Below the pieces are notes generated by a model. It was given only the letters and a program-made list of their open reading frames with translations. It did no database searches and was not told the origin of the DNA. 64,000 bases of DNA from the human T2T-CHM13v2.0 reference genome, Homo sapiens, in NCBI RefSeq assembly GCF_009914755.1, contig NC_060926.1; one strand, 5' to 3'. Made by a program: the position numbers and the translations under genes. Shown in pieces: positions 1 to 15,229 of the stretch (its first letter is position 1; each line of letters begins with the position of its first letter).

Positions 1-680
1 TTTGCAATTCAGTTCCTACAAGAAGCCAGAGTTTTGTTTGTTTGTTAAACATAAATTGGATCATCTCACTCTTATGTTTAAAATTTCCAATGTCTTTCAG
101 TAGGGCATTGACTAAAACCCAAACTCCTTACCTTGACTTCGTAATCTTGCCCCTGCTTTACCTTGCTGAACTTGTCTCATTCCAATCTCTTCATCATGCA
201 CTATGGTTTACTCACATTGATTTTCTTTCTGTTCCTTGACCTTCTGAAACAAACTCTTCCCCTATGATCTTTATACCAGCTCTTCTTTCCTTCTAGAACA
301 CTCTTCCATAATCTTCACATAGCTGGTATCTTCCTCCCACTAAGACTTCATTTTAAATGACACCTCTTCAGAAAAGCCCTCCCTGACAACCCAGTCGAAA
401 ATAATCACCCAGTCACTTTCTACCACATCGATGTATTTTAACATTCTACATAAAACTTATGAGAATTTGGTAGGTTTCTTTCTGTCAGGCTATTTATTTT
501 TTATTTGTCTGTCTATCATCTATCTATCACGTCTATTTACCTATCTATTTATGACTCCACATGCAGACAGAGATCCTTGAGTGTTTTATTCCCCACTGAA
601 CTCTATTACCTAGAATACTAGCCCTGTTTGGCACAGGGCTACTTGAGTAAAGTTTGACTCACTAATAAAGTTTGCTGAAC
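1..680 (+). mobile_element. Decayed LINE-2 (L2) 3' fragment
   Basis: L2-like phrases aaatgacacctcttcagaaaagccctccctgacaacc (356-392) and a degenerate L2 terminus aataaagtttgctgaac (~664-680). Confidence 0.6.
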
Positions 681-3600
681 TTTCTGTGCACTAAGGTGGG
701 AACACTTTCATCCCACCAACCAACTCTACTGAGCTGAAAAAGACAAGACAAGTTTGTTTCTTACTTAGCATTACAAAAGATACCTGTGGTTGAAAGTCAG
801 GTTTACTAAGAAACAAACTGGTCAAATTATGCCTAAAGAACTGCTTAGCTGACCAATTTACTTGTAAGCTTTTCTCTTTCCACTGAGCCTAAGACTCTGA
901 ATGTAATGTCTGATGGTAGACAATACATTTTTTCTCACTTAGGCAGGAACCTGTGTTTTTTGTTTGAAGGAAATTTTATATTTATGTGTAGTAAACCACT
1001 TAATTTTTCAGCCTGGAACAAATATCCTCTTTAATTTAATGAATTGAATTGTTCTTCTTGTTTACATTGATAAATCTCAGTTCAAAGAGAGAACAAGTGT
1101 ATTACATGGCATTTAAAATTAAAAATTAAAAAGAGTTTTACAAGGAAAGCCAAATTATTGGTACTTAAAACAATGAAAGACATTTATTAACATTTGATAA
1201 GTGTTTCAGTACAATTTTAGTTTGCAAATGTGGAATGAAGACTTCTATTTTATTTCCTTCCAATAGAATGTTTGTAGTAATAAAATCATAGCAGTTAATA
1301 GTTGCTGAGAACTTTTGATATGCCAGTCACTATCCATGCTTACTTTACAAGAACTGTGTGAACTTAGGCAAGTGAGGCCTAAAGAGGTCAAATTACTTTC
1401 CCCAAATCAGAAAGCTATCAAAGGTAATCGCCGTACACAGTGCAAATGCAATTTACAAATCACAGTGTAATCTCTATGTCCTGGACTACAAGAAACTGCA
1501 GTCAACAGGTTCGTCTATCAACAGGCATTCTGTCTTAAGTTTGAATATCATCATTTTCATAAGGCATACTTTTAAGTTCAGTCTGTAATAATCATCCAGT
1601 TCTCCTGGATGATGTAAGGCATAGCAGATTCTGGCAAATCTACCCAGAATTACCTTCATGGCCAGCAATTCAATACTTGCAATAAGAACTACCAATAACA
1701 TTAGTTTCTGCCTGTGGAAGACACCACAGAAAACGCCAAGTACAACTAGCTTGGGGGAAACTTGAACTCTTAAACAGATCACCAATGTAGCATCCATGTC
1801 AGACGTGTTATCCAAAAGGAGCTGCCAAACCTGCTTGTGGAATTTCTGTGGATGACTATGCTTGCTTCCCTCTCTGACTTTGCCACTTCATCAATCCCTC
1901 AGCCCATTCCCGCTTGAGTACAATCGAATATTAGAAATGATGCACATTAGAAGTTAAGAAATCAACATGTTTCAGAACTTCAGATTTTGAAAGACTTTTA
2001 AAAATAGTAATCTGGTTTAAGATTTTTCTTTTGACAATGAATCAAATCATTTCAGAGAGATTTGCCATTAGGAGCAGTCAGGACTAGGACTCCAGGCCTC
2101 TTGCTCCTGGATTCACATTCCTTTTGCTATACCACTCTTCCTCACCTTGCTACTTCTGGTTGTCCATAATTCTTTAGAGTTCCCTGGACCTTTAGAATCT
2201 ACATGATTCCCGAAGTTAGAATCCCCACCCACTCCCATTACAACACCAATATTTACCTATTCTGTTTCCTTTATTCTCAGTGTTCTTTTTCTGTTCGTTT
2301 AGATATTAGAAAATTGCATAAATTAATTCTAATGCCTATATTAATGGAGGCTACAGATTGAAATACTTCTTTCCCTTTCTAGCTAAAGTTTTGTTTATTT
2401 AAAAACACACCATTGCAATTACTAAGATTTCAGGTAACATAGCAGACCAAGAAGAAAGACATTATGGGCAGGCATTTTTCAGAGCCCCTCACATCATTTG
2501 AGGGAGAGCCCAGCTTCACATAAAAGACACAGAAGCGGAGATGCAGTGGTAACATAGCAGCCAGAACAAGTTAAATAACATGGATATAAATATTTTAACT
2601 AGGGCTAGACATCACTCCCTGTGTTTTAATATTGTATCTCTCCTTTAATCACAAACTCTTCCTTGTTTAGTTTTCTGGTTCAAGAAAAAGCAGATTTCAA
2701 GAGGGGCCCTTTTAGCTTTTAACAGGAAGGACATTTTCTACAGTTATTTTCTCAAATGTAGCAGTTCGTTCAATTTCCTTATTGGATTTCTAAGCCTGAA
2801 ACTTATTATTGCCTTTTGCCTACTAATGGCAAATGTATGTACTTAATTCTAAAATTCTCATCTTCTCTTTTGATTCTATTATTACTCCTAACCTACGAGT
2901 TACTTTTTTGATGTTTTAAATCAATGTAAATAAAATCAGTGATGATTTTCAAAAATTATAAAAAATATTCAAAGAAAAATAACTAGAAATGTAATCTCAT
3001 CTTGAGACAGACTCAGCTATGTATGGATCAAACATATTCTGTATTGACATAAACCCCACAGTAGGTTTCCAAACAAATTTGTTAAAGGTTACATTAAATT
3101 ATCCTAATAAAAATGTTCAATTTTGCTAGAAAAAATGCATGCCATAGTAACATGAAAAATATGAAAAGTAAATAACTGTCAATTGTGGAATTAAATTAAA
3201 AAATTAAAAAGTCTCTTTTACTCTAAAGCAATATGCTCAGTGATTGAGATCATCAATAAATTAGGTCTGAAGACAATTTTACATATTCTATAGCCTTTTT
3301 TGTCCATTAAGCTCAGGAATTACCAAAATTAATTAATGCCAAAACTTGAGAAGAAAAGTATATTGAGTATGCATGTATTAGTATGTTTGTATGCATCTTC
3401 TGGGTAAGTCATCTTTTTTCAAAATAAAATAAAATAAGATAAATGTTTAGTAATATCCAAATCTTTTGGTGGAAAGACTGAAAGCCTTCAGGTGTTTACT
3501 AATTTCTCTCAACCTTACGGCTATTGTCTAGCAATACTAACTAGGGATAAAATGAAAAACACAAGGGTAGAACTAGTGGTAACTTTGGTTAATCTTAAAA

Positions 3601-3699
3601 CATGAAAAAACTGTAACAGATGAGTCTCTGCCCTATATACAAAGAATAAAGAATCCAGCCTCCCTCTGCTTGCCTGAAGGGGCCTCCCCATGTCCCTTC

Positions 3700-4680
3700 T
3701 TTGAAACTCTGTATTTCTATGGCTTGTATGCCTGTCACTGCACTGATTTCTTATTTTGCTCCAATCTAATCCATCCTTTTTTAGAGCCTTTTACTGTTTC
3801 CTTTCTCATTCTTCTGCTTAGATGATAGTGTTGTCGAGGGTTCTATTGTTGCTTCTCTTCTCATTTTACTCTACATGCCACTGAAAATCTACTGCCACCT
3901 ATCAGCACCTCCTACTTGAGTTCTCTATTTAGAATTTTAGCCAATAACTTCACCTTCCATAACCCCAGCTGGAGCTCATGAACTTTCCCCCAAATCTGCT
4001 CTTTCCCACCTACACTGAATTTTATATAAATGGCACCAACATTCGCCCAGTCCTGCAAGCTAGAAATGTGGTTTTCATGTGTTCTGACTTCACACTTACA
4101 CTAACTCATCATGTACAGTTATACATTAAATGCCACTGATTCTCCATCATAGCTCATCCATCTAAACTTTCCTCTTCTTTCCTGCAGCCACAATGTTAGC
4201 TCTGATCCTGACCATCTCTTGCTTGAACTAGTAATTCAGTCTACTAACTGGTCCATCCTCCTTCTAGACCCTCCAAACCTCTCGTCCTGCCTAGGCAATC
4301 CTTCATGTACATTACCACTGATCTTCATAAACCACACATTCAACCAAGATTAAACTCTTCAGTCTTCCTATTGCCTTCAGAGATTTCCAAAAGAAATTTC
4401 TCACCATATCTACACCTGGAAACTCTGTCAAACTGCTAGTCAGTCTTCAAGAACTAGATCAAATGTTTACTTCTTTGTGAGATCCTTCATGACCTACTGA
4501 TGCAGGGTTAATCACCCCTTCTGGTAACAGTATTGCACGTAGTGCATATCTCTTTTTTATATTTACCACACTGGTATGATTATGTGTTTACATGACTGTA
4601 CTGCCTCTGGATTGTCAACTCTTCAAGGCTCTGGTTGTAACTATTTATCTCTGTGGTTAGGGACCTTAAGTTTTCTGCAG
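3700..4680 (+). mobile_element. Highly decayed L2 fragments
   Basis: Pyrimidine-rich L2-like text, e.g. aaatggcaccaacattcgcccagtcctgcaagctagaaa (~4030) and gatcaaatgtttacttctttgtgagatccttc (~4457). Confidence 0.5.
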
Positions 4681-6676
4681 AAAAAATATACCAATTCCCT
4701 CTGGGAACATGAGAGACTAATAGGATTTGTTTAATTTGGAACATAATCCAGCAACAGTTTAGAGCATAAAGTGGAAGAATGAGTGGAAAATAGGGACAAG
4801 GAAACAAGTAGGAAATAAGCTGCTGCAGTACAAACACAGAAGAATGACAAAGTCCTGGATAAAGACAGAGCTGGGGGTCTGCCGAAAGGGCATTGCTGAA
4901 TTTTGGAGAAAACTATTTGCCTATTCATAGGATTTAAATTCTGACATTCAAAGAAAATTTTTAAAATTTTGTTTAATAATATTTGTATGCAATTTGGAGA
5001 ATAAATATATTCATTGTGTTTCCCCTCCCCTAAATATCGTTTTGCATCATTGGGAGGTGAAACAGATGCTCAGGAAGCATGACTGTTACTTGTAGTTTAA
5101 AAAATGACGTATTTCTTGGTTTTAAAAAAGAAGACTAGTAGTATAGTATGATCTATAAAACTGTATTGCCAACTTGGAAATAAATGTCTCTATGATAAAG
5201 GTAAGAAATATTCTTTTTGAAATATTCATATAATTGGATATGCTTTGTGTGTATAAGGGGCTTCACAAGTGTTCTTTTTATAAGCTTCTGAAAGACCAGA
5301 GGCTCTCTCTCTCTCTACTAATCCTATCATCTGATTAGAATGCAGATATTTTGGAGAAATTTATTTTTTGGTTATTTATGTTGACCTATATTTTATGCCT
5401 AAATTTTCAACAATTAAGCTTCTGAGAACCCAGTGTCTATAGATCTAACAATTTTTATGACATTTATAAACAAAAAAATTATCTTACTAGTTTCTCCATT
5501 TTTCATGTTTTCATATTTTAAATAATTTTTAATTAAAATAACACTTTAACATGTTTTAGCCCTAATTTCTGCTTAGGTTATCTGTCACACAGAATTTGAT
5601 AATTATTTCTTTTTAAAATATGTATTCCACAATAGTGAGACTATTCAATATTCAAGGTATATTCTTGTAGTACACTCAGAATCTATTCTCATCAAAATTA
5701 TGTATTTCTGAATAATAGTACAAAATTTGCTATTTTTATTTTTTATAATATCATAATGCAGAAAACAGAAACAAGAAAGTGGAAACCATACATGCAATTG
5801 CAACATCTTTCAGGAGAACATAAATTAAGTAGTAAAACTCTTTCTCTATCTCCTCTCTCTTTCTTACCTTTTAAATTAAAAGTTTGATGTTTCTCATTCC
5901 ACATTTTTCCAGTGGTTATAATAATATGCATCTATACAAATATCTGTATATATAGCATAGCTTTTTGTTATAAAAATGAAGTCATATTGTATATACTATT
6001 TTGCAAACTTAAAAAATATTGTCAGTGTATCATTGTGAGGTTTCCAATTCAGTATATCATACATAAAAAGTAACTCCTTTAATTTTTAAAATTGAGGTAT
6101 AATTTACCTACAGTGAAAGGGATACATCTTGAGTGTACAGTTCAATGAATTTCAACAGATGTATAGATGAGTGTAAGCAGGTACTCTTTTCAAGATTTAG
6201 AACCTTTCCATTCATTAGCTGATATTTTAAAGGTATACCACAGAATTGACAGTCATCAGTTACCCTCTGTAAGAATTCTTTAAGAATTACAAGCTGAGAA
6301 CCCTGGATCCTCTAGAAAGAAAGTTGCATCAAATTCTTCCTCAGAAATTTGAAAGTAAAAGGATGGAATTTCCAGACAACAAATAACGCAACAACCCTTG
6401 TATCATTAAAACTTACATTCAAGAAAATAAATTAGGAAAAACAGTAGCGCTTTGATTTTAAAAAAAATCTTCAGAGAACAGCAATTCTGCAGCAACATTA
6501 TTACTCTGAACATTTTAGTTACTTCAGTATTAATGATCTATATTTTTTTCCTCTCACCTGGTACTGATATTGTTCATTTGCTAACACATATTTGAAGGAA
6601 AAAAAAACACCTATAGCCTTTAATGAACTAATTATCACATGCAACTTCCACGTACATCATGATAGTATGAATAATA

Positions 6677-7345
6677 CAATAGTGTCCCCTCATTCGTGGG
6701 GAATGTGTTCCAAAACTCCCAGTGGATGTCTGAAACTACAGAAAGTACCATAAACACAGCCTACATGTGATGACATTTAATTTATAAATTAGAGACATAA
6801 GAGATTAACAGCAATAACTAATAATAAAATAGAACAATATAACTGTAAGAGGAGTTATGTGAGTGGTATCTCTCCTTCTTAAAACACCTTATTGTACTGT
6901 ACTTATCCTTCTTATGATGATGCGAGATGATAAAATGCCTACATGATAAGTGAAGTGAGGTGAATGACATAGGCATTGTGAGGTAGTGTTAAGCTACTAA
7001 TGACCTTCTGACAATACTCAGAAGGAGGATCACCTGCTTTCAGGGTTCCTGGATCATCAAGCCATGATGATGTCTATGGTGTGATATTAGGAGCAGATGA
7101 TATTGATGACTGATGGGTAAGTAGCATATATAGCACAGCTACGCTGGACATAGAAATAATTTATGTCTCTGGCAGGACAAAGTGGAACAACAAAAGATTT
7201 AATCACACAAATCAGGATGGCACACAATATAAAAACTACGAATTGTTTATTTCTAGAATTTTCCATTTAGTATTTTTGGAGAGCAGCTGACCACACTTAA
7301 CTGAAACCTCAGAAAGTGAAACCTTGGATGAGGGGGGAGCTATTG
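6677..7345 (-). mobile_element. MER44 (C/D-sized) non-autonomous Tigger7-derived DNA transposon
   Basis: Inverted termini caatagtgtcccct... and ...aggggggagctattg are flanked by TA dinucleotides (6675-6676, 7346-7347). The right end is the reverse complement of the recalled MER44 5' end. Confidence 0.8.
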
Positions 7346-8160
7346 TACAACATAAGTAAACGTGATAAATGTAAATTAATCAGAGAGCAATTAATCTGGG
7401 CTCATTAATGATAATTTTTCAAAATAACATTGGCTTACAGAAAGGTATGTTTTTCATTTAATTTTAGCTTTTTATTGGAATGAAACACTAATATTTTCAT
7501 GGCATTGTTATGCTTTTAATAATGGCATTAATAACTCATATGAGTTTTATAATTCACAGGTTGCTTTCATATACAAGATCTCAAGTAAGCATGAAAACAC
7601 ACATATGAGGTAAACGTGCTACGTAGACATTGACAATGCTGCTCACACATTCTGTTTTAAGAGAAAGTCCAAATTTCCTTCTATAGGATCCCCATAGGCA
7701 GCCATATTTAATATCACATTACCCTGTGTCTTTCAGCATCAGCTAATCGGGCAAAAGGTGAACACTGATTCAAGGGTGGTAAGTTTATAGAGTATCAAGT
7801 ACTATATGATGTAGCCTGGCACAAAAGTTAAGCTGGGACCAATAGACTTTCTGTTTTAAAAAATGTGAATTGAGAAAGAGTAATAATCAAGCAGTTAATA
7901 GTGGCAGGTAAAGACGAAAGGGTGTTTACAGAGGTGAGCCATGAGGGCAATCAGGGTCATCAGGTGTGATGACAAATCAAAGTTATAAGGGAACAGAGGG
8001 AAACAGAAATGCCAGGAAAGAGAAACCTTTGGCCCATGAGAGGGAGAAGGATAGGTAGTGCCCAGAGCTGAGTGCCCCAGTTTTCCGCAGCTAATTTTAG
8101 GTAACTTGGTTAAGTCTCCGTTTATTGCAACCAAAAACGACCAATCAAAATAAAAGGTAA

Positions 8161-8445
<285 letters not shown>

Positions 8446-8589
8446 AATAAAAGGTAATCTTATCCCTACTTTGTAAATCGAATAACAGAAATTCAAAAGA
8501 ATGGAAATCACCTATCTACTATCAGATGGTCATAAAGTGTTTTAGTTGGTAATGGAAGACAAACCTCTTAAAGTCACATCAATGGTGTG

Positions 8590-8775
8590 TTCACAGATGT
8601 TTTCTTAAATCTAAAAAGTTGTCAGAATTATTAGGAGAGTTTTACAGCATGCCAATTTCCAGGCCCTGAATGGTATCTACGGATTAATAGTCTTCAGGGA
8701 TATGACCATGGCTTAATTTCAGAATTTTAAATGAGTTCCCTGATATTATTCTGATGATCATTCAGATTGAGAGCT
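8590..8775. mobile_element. MER5-like hAT-Charlie fossil
   Basis: Degenerate MER5-like text: atttccaggccctgaa ... ttttaaatgagttccctgatattattctgatg ... attgagagc. Confidence 0.45.
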
Positions 8776-9556
8776 AAAATGTCTACTTTTAAAATAACTT
8801 AAAACTTTCCAAATTTGTCTCTTTGTAAAATTAGCTTAAGTCCTATTTTTGAATAAAATATATATATACTGAGAAAGAAAAAAATGTTTGATTTAACATT
8901 ATTGAACAAGAACTATAAAAATGAAGAAACCTGGATGTTGTTAACTATTGATTCCTTATAAGGAAAAGAAATTAGAATTTATTGGTCACATTTCCAATAT
9001 TTGAGCATTAGAAAGAAGTCCACCATAGTCTAGTCATACAGATGTGGCTTGCTAGATACTAGAAATTTACTCGTTAATTAACTTAAATAGTGGGAATGCA
9101 GGCAAAACATAAAACTCTGAGTTCACAATTGGTTGAATATTTTAAGCAAGGTAATGCTTTCAAGCTTTCAATTTTAATACCAGTCAGTATACAGAAACTA
9201 AAAATATAATCATGGTAAGCTCAAATGTAGGCACGTGTAACGCATTAGAGTCCATGGAATAAGGCCAAAAAACACTAACTTAAAGTATACTGCCTTGATT
9301 TGACATTTGGGGTTGCTTTTGAGCTCACCTCGGGCTCTCTGGGCTGCTGTGCCCCAATGCCGTGCTGTAGATTTCTATCATCTTTTTCTTAGTTTTGATA
9401 CAACTCCCCCACTGTCATACATATAGGACAGTGGGGATGAAGTCAAGGCACACATTTGCCTACTTATCAACTAGGGTGAACTGAAGAAAGTACTTTTGGT
9501 TTTGCAAATATTTGGATGTCTGAGTATATGTGGCTACTACTGGGGAAATCCTACTC

Positions 9557-9630
9557 ATAGATAGATGATATAGATATACAGATATAGACACAGATACAGA
9601 TATAGGTATAGATACCGATATAGATATAGA
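9557..9630. repeat. Degenerate (GATATA)n simple repeat
   Basis: atagatagatgatatagatatacagatatagacacagatacagatataggtatagataccgatatagatataga. Confidence 0.8.
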
Positions 9631-9785
9631 CCTTTCCCTAAGGGCATAGCAATGAGTGGCCTATGATGTATTGCCTAAGAAAAATAAGGCTAACTAATAA
9701 AGAGGCCACCGATCTTCAAGTGAGGAACACCTAGCAAAATTGCCTTTGGAGGCTCTAAAATCTATCCCACCAGCCACTGGATGTG

Positions 9786-10255
9786 TGTGATGATTAATTT
9801 TATATCAACTTGACATAGAGTGCTCAGATAAAACATTATTTCTGGGTGTGCTGTGAGTGTTTCCCAATTAGATTAGTATTTAAATTTATGGGCGCAGTAA
9901 AATAGATTGCTCTCACTCATGTTGAGTACACATCATCAATCCATTGAAGGCCTGAATAGAACAAAAAGGTGGAAAAAGAAGGAACTCACCCCTTTTTTCT
10001 TTCTGCCTTCCTAATTGAGCTGGAATGTCAGTCTTCTCCTGCCATTGGTCAAGGATTTATGCCACAGGCTGCTCTGGTTCTCAGGCATTCAGACCTGGAC
10101 TGGAATTACATCACTGCTTTCTTGGGTCTCCAACTTCCAGAAAGCAGATCTTGGGACTTCTCAGCCTCCATAATCATGTGAGCTATTCCTTATAATAAAT
10201 CTCTTCCTAAATATATCCTCTTGGTTCTGTTCTTTGGAGAACACTGACTAATATG
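9786..10255 (+). mobile_element. Solo MLT2-family LTR (ERV-L)
   Basis: Starts tgtgatgattaattttatatcaacttgac, contains aaacattatttctgggtgtg and ctcagcctccataatcatgtgagc, and ends ttggttctgttctttggagaacactgactaata. All are typical MLT2 landmarks. Confidence 0.85.
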
Positions 10256-10719
10256 ATATATTATGATCTATATTCTGCCATTGGATTGGTTAACTATAAA
10301 GTAATTTTTGGCAGTTACAGGGTTATAAAAACTGTTACTTATTACACAAAGCTTCCACTGTCTTTTCTTGGTTTTGATCTTTCCCATTAGTGAAAAAAAA
10401 AATCCTACTAACCCTCTTTTCCTCTTCCTCCTCCCACCCATTTGCTTATTAAACTCTATTTCCTGAGCCCAGTGGAGAAAAAAACAAGAGCTATTTTTTA
10501 ATCTTTATCCTTGGGCTGGCCACAAAGAGGAGGTCTGATCATTAAATTGGATTGGGGCTCATTTTTATAAAGCCACTTTTAAGTAAGTGAAAACTAGACA
10601 ACGTTCCCTAAGGACAAATGTGAAAGTAACAGTCTAACGTAGGATTACCAAAAAAGTCAAAAAGCCTGTGCTCTTGTTTCCATTCTACTTCACATACACT
10701 AAGACGTTAGATGTCACTT

Positions 10720-11045
10720 ATAAAAGATGCTATCAGTGCCTTGCCCATATCTGTTCAGCCTTTACCATTTCATTCCATGTCTCCTCTACTTCCAACATCC
10801 AGCAGCTAAATCTCTACCTGAGAACTTTCCCTGTATAACAGAGCCCACTCTGCCTATGCATGTGCCTATGCTTCCAGAATCACACCTTGATTGGTATATG
10901 AATACCCTACCCTCTCACTCCATTTATGGTATAACTCTGAGGTGTGTGTTCCATACTGTTTCCTAGAGTTCCCCAGCAAGCTCCAGCTGACCAGTGGTAA
11001 CTTGCTAAAGAACACATTATTTCCTCTATTACTTCCCCCTTCCTT
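10720..11045 (+). mobile_element. LTR16-like 5' LTR (3' part missing) of a decayed ERV-L provirus
   Basis: LTR16-like start gatgctatcagtgccttgccca. The block ataactctgaggtgtgtgttccatactgtttcctagagttccccagc (10931-10977) resembles ataactctaaggaacatgcattacatttttccccagagtcgctcag (18114-18159) in the 3' LTR. Confidence 0.65.
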
Positions 11046-14000
11046 ACCAATGATCCTGACCAGCAGCTGGTCTGCTTGGAGGAATCATATGCAAAGACAT
11101 TATTGTCTTATATTAAGTAGCAGATACTCAGGGTATGTTAGCAGAATTGGGTAACTTGTTAGACATATGGCAACAAGAATTCCATTGCTGGCTGTAATTG
11201 CAGTGGTGATAATCCCTGGTGTACTACAGCACCACAATTGTTAACTCATCTGTGAAGAATTGGGATAAAATACAAATGGAAGAAGATACTTACACATAGC
11301 ATCTGAGAGCTGTAAAGGCAATGGTAATTATAGGACCTATGAAATTGGGCGGCTGTTGATAAGTGCCATTGCAGCGCTTAAAGCAAGAAAATGACAGTAT
11401 CAGTTGAGCTCACTGTAAACTCAGGGCAAGGTGCAAAGACCAAAAAGTCTCTGTGGCTGTATTTAAACACACCTGTCTTCTCCAGCTGGAGTAATATGTT
11501 GCCTTATTGTGAGAAAGGCTAAAACAGAACCAGTAAGTCCTATATGGTGAAGTAAGGCCCTGAGAAGAAAGAATATGACCATGATATGTGGGATGGGGAC
11601 AATGCGGGTGGATGCATTTGGTAAAACTGAGTCCTCCAATTTCTTAGAACCCCAACAGAAGTGCCTCACCCCGAGTTGTTAGAGGATAGCAGCCTTTCTT
11701 TTACTGGAGACTATACAAAGACCTCACCTGAAGCAGATGGCTCACAAGCTAATCTTGCCCCACTTTACCTCATTACTTCCAGAAAAATAATTAGGGTTAA
11801 GTCTCAGCATGACCCAGCTGGAGAAACAGTCCCTTCTATAGGAGGAAGGTGATTATTAACCTAATTAACCACAGGATATCAATATTATATATTAGCAAAA
11901 ACCGAGAGAATATGCCTGAGAAGAAGTCTTGAGGACTCTAGACTTTAAGCGCTGAAATATAAGTAATGGAATATAAGGTTGAATATATACAAATACACAC
12001 ACACATTTAAAAACAGATCAAGATCAGGGGAGCTGAAAAAGCTAGTATTTGACTACAACGGAAATTTACAATCTCTCAGCCAGTGTTCCAAGCAGAAACA
12101 GTAGTAGATTCAAAACCTATTAACTAGGAAAGCTAGGTCCCCTTGTAGAAGAATCCTGCAACACCATAGCAAATGTGTAGAGTATCAATTCCCCAATATT
12201 TTCGCTGAAATACCAGGGTCTCTGTACACTGGGGAAAAATACATATTTTAAGGTGTGTTGGATACCAAGAGACCCTGAATACCATCAAGGCCTGACTGTT
12301 ATAGGGTATATAGATGCCAGGTAATAAATGGAGGCCTGGCCCAAGTCTGTCTCACAGTGGACATAATATGTCCACAAACTCATCTGGTGATTATTTCCCT
12401 AGTCCTTGAATATAGAATCTGGATTGATATACTTAGCAACCAGGAGAACCTTTCAGTTGGTTCCCTGATCTTTTCAGTAAGAGCCATTATGGTAGGAAAG
12501 ACCGAGTACAAGTCCTTAATACCGCTTCCTCCTCTCTGGCCAGGGATGTAATTCAAATGCAATGTGGCATCCTAGATGAAATGGCAGAGATTAGTCCCAC
12601 CACCAATGACTTAAAGGTCCAGGATGGTCATCTCCATCATATTCCCAATTAACTCACCATTCTGGACCTGCAAAAACAGCCTAGAACATGGCACATGGCA
12701 GTCAAATACTACAAATTTAATGAAACAACAGCTCCGTTTACAGTTTCTGTGCTAGATGTGTTATCTGTTCTACAGCAGAGTAAGAAAGCCTCTGATATAC
12801 AGTATACAACTGCTGAAATGATAAATTTTTTTCCATACTCATCAGAAAGAAGGATCAGAAGCAGTTCAGATTCACATGATTGCATAACAATGTGTTCTTG
12901 ATTATACACCAAGATTGCTAACTTTCTTGCTGTCTAACACAATATAGTCTGAAGGGACCTTGATCATTTCGACATCCTTCAGAAAGTCACACCGGTGCAT
13001 TGTATTGACGACAGCATGCTATTTAAACTTGAGCAGCAGCTAGCAATAAGGACAACCACACTGTGACATATCTCAGACAGATAGTGGGAGATAAATCTTC
13101 CTAATTCAGGGGTGTATCACATTGGTGAAGTTTGTAGTAGTCCAGTTGTCTGGGACATGCTGTCCTATATGCCCCAAGGTAAAGAACAAGTTATTGTACT
13201 TTGCAAATCCAGCACTAAGAAAGAAACATGACCCTTAACATGGCCTCTTCAGATTTTCAAGTCAGTTCTGCCCCATTTTGGACTATTCACTGATCTGTTC
13301 ATCAGGTGAGCTGGATGTTAAACAGATAAAGCCTAATATAACAAATATACTGAGAAAATATAAATAAGCTTCAGGAATAGGTAGACTAGCTTCCATGTTT
13401 CACTGACACGTTTTTCATACCTATGGCTTCATGGGAAGTTCCATATAACTGGCTGATGGAGCTAGAGTAAAACCTGGACTTGGTTCATTGATAGGCCATT
13501 GCGATCAATTGTTGGGAGTTCAAAGCTCTGTACTAGATCCTCACTCTGTGATATCCCTGAAAGACAATAGTATGGACAAGCCTTCCCATTGGGCAGAGTT
13601 TTGAGCAGTGTATCTAGCCATCAATTGTGCAGGGGCAGAACATATATTTAAGAGAAGGATATATATGGACTACTGAGCAGTTACAAATGACTTGAATGTT
13701 TAGTAAGTGGCTTTGGAAAAAGCAAGATTGGAAGACTAAAGATAACAATGTCTAGAGAAGAAATAGTGGAAATAATTATAGAAGTAGGCACAAAGTATGT
13801 ATATCTTGGCCTCTTGTATAAATGTCCTCTGAATTAGATGCACTGAACAAACAAATGGATAGAATTACACGTCTAGTAGGACAAGTTGTTTTTGTTTTTC
13901 TTGGCTATTACACTTGTTGTGTAATGGCCCATGAAATGAATAATTACTGTGACATGAATGTACGCTATGCATGGGCTCTCTCTTGCAAAGTTGTTCAAGC

Positions 14001-15229
14001 TACTTCCTCCGTCAAATGACTGATTTCTCATAATCAGAGACGAACTTGCAAGTTGGTTGCAAGTTGATAATATCTGACGTTTTCCTACCTGGAAAGAGCA
14101 GTAATTTTTCATTATTGGGATCAATAAATATTTTAGATATGCGTTTAGCTTTTCTAAGTGTCTCATCTAGCAATATTATCCAAGGACTTGGAAAATGGGA
14201 GATTTATCCTCACAAGATGGTATATGATATCTCCTTGAACTAAAGAACCCATATTACAGCAAAGGAAAGATGACAAAATGTAAATGACTGAAATATCACT
14301 CATTTTACAATATATTGCATTACCCCAAATCTGCTGGCCTGACAGAATGTTGGATTTGTTTCTTAAAGGCACAAGTAAACAAACCAGTCTGTGGATGGCA
14401 CTGTTACTCTGTGAGATTTGGATATTATCCTTTAAATGCCAGTGGCTACTATATGGTGTTGTGTCTCTAACAGGTGGAATACATGGCTCTGAGAACCAAA
14501 AAGTCAAACTATAAGTGCCCTTTTATTATCTCTCGAAGTGACCCAGTTGGGTGATGTGTGCTTCCCATGTTCCACTTTCAACTCAGCTGTAAAAGACACA
14601 CTTGATTTCCAAGGTGTGGTAGTGGTGCAGGGGTGCTTTTACAAGGGAGGATAGAGTAAGGGTTCTACTAAACTATGGCTGCTACCTGATCATTTTGTTA
14701 TCCTGATCCTGATATATTAGAAGGAAAATATAAAACAGTGAGTATGCTGACACAAATAAATCATAATCATAATGATGAGAAAGAAGTATTGATGCAAAAT
14801 GATAATGAACAGTATGTCTTAGAATTCAGGGGACTCACTGAGGAGCTCTTGGTGCCCCCAAGCCTAGTGATAACCATGGACAAACAATTACAGTGACCTC
14901 TGTCTGAAAAGGTCATAGTAACCAGGGGCTCAAGCCCCTCAGGATGAAAGTCTTTGTTACCCATAGGACAAACCTACACCTACAGAACTACTGGCCAAGG
15001 ATGAGAGGAATCTAGAATGAGTGATAGAGGAGGGGCATGATGATTATTAATTATAGTTTTAGGATTAATTGCAGCAGTAAGGACTACAAAATCTACCATT
15101 AAGTCTCCTGTACTAAGTTGTTGGGTTTTTAAAAGAAATTGTAATCTCTTGCCACCTAGAAGAATATGTAGCAGGAATGGGGTGAAGTTAATGGAGGCAA
15201 CAGTGGATATTAATAGTGGTAGGCTGGAT
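11046..15229 (+). mobile_element. ERV-L-class internal region (HERV16/ERV3-16A3-int-like) with decayed gag-pro-pol
   Basis: Motifs occur in retroviral order. Protease-like GVLDT (12252-12266). ORF 12357-12551 'THLVIISLV..IDILS..RAIMVGK' and ORF 12695-12901 'MAVKYYKFN..DVLSVLQQ' resemble ERV-L pol. Degenerate RT motif VHCIDDSML (12995-13021). RNase H-like WFID (~13480) and HWAEF*AV (~13587). Integrase-like PKSAGLTECW (~14325). Confidence 0.88.

Noticed and set aside
1486-1815. 109-aa minus-strand ORF outside obvious repeats, with a small hairpin atcatccag-N5-ctggatgat at 1591-1613
   Set aside because: It starts at a non-ATG codon and has no recognisable domain or convincing splice context. 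The length and the 9-bp stem are within chance expectation.
9786-10255. MLT2 LTR as the 5' LTR of the neighbouring ERV-L internal region
   Set aside because: It is separated from the internal region by ~460 bp of unrelated DNA and an LTR16-like block, and the downstream LTR is LTR16-like rather than MLT2.
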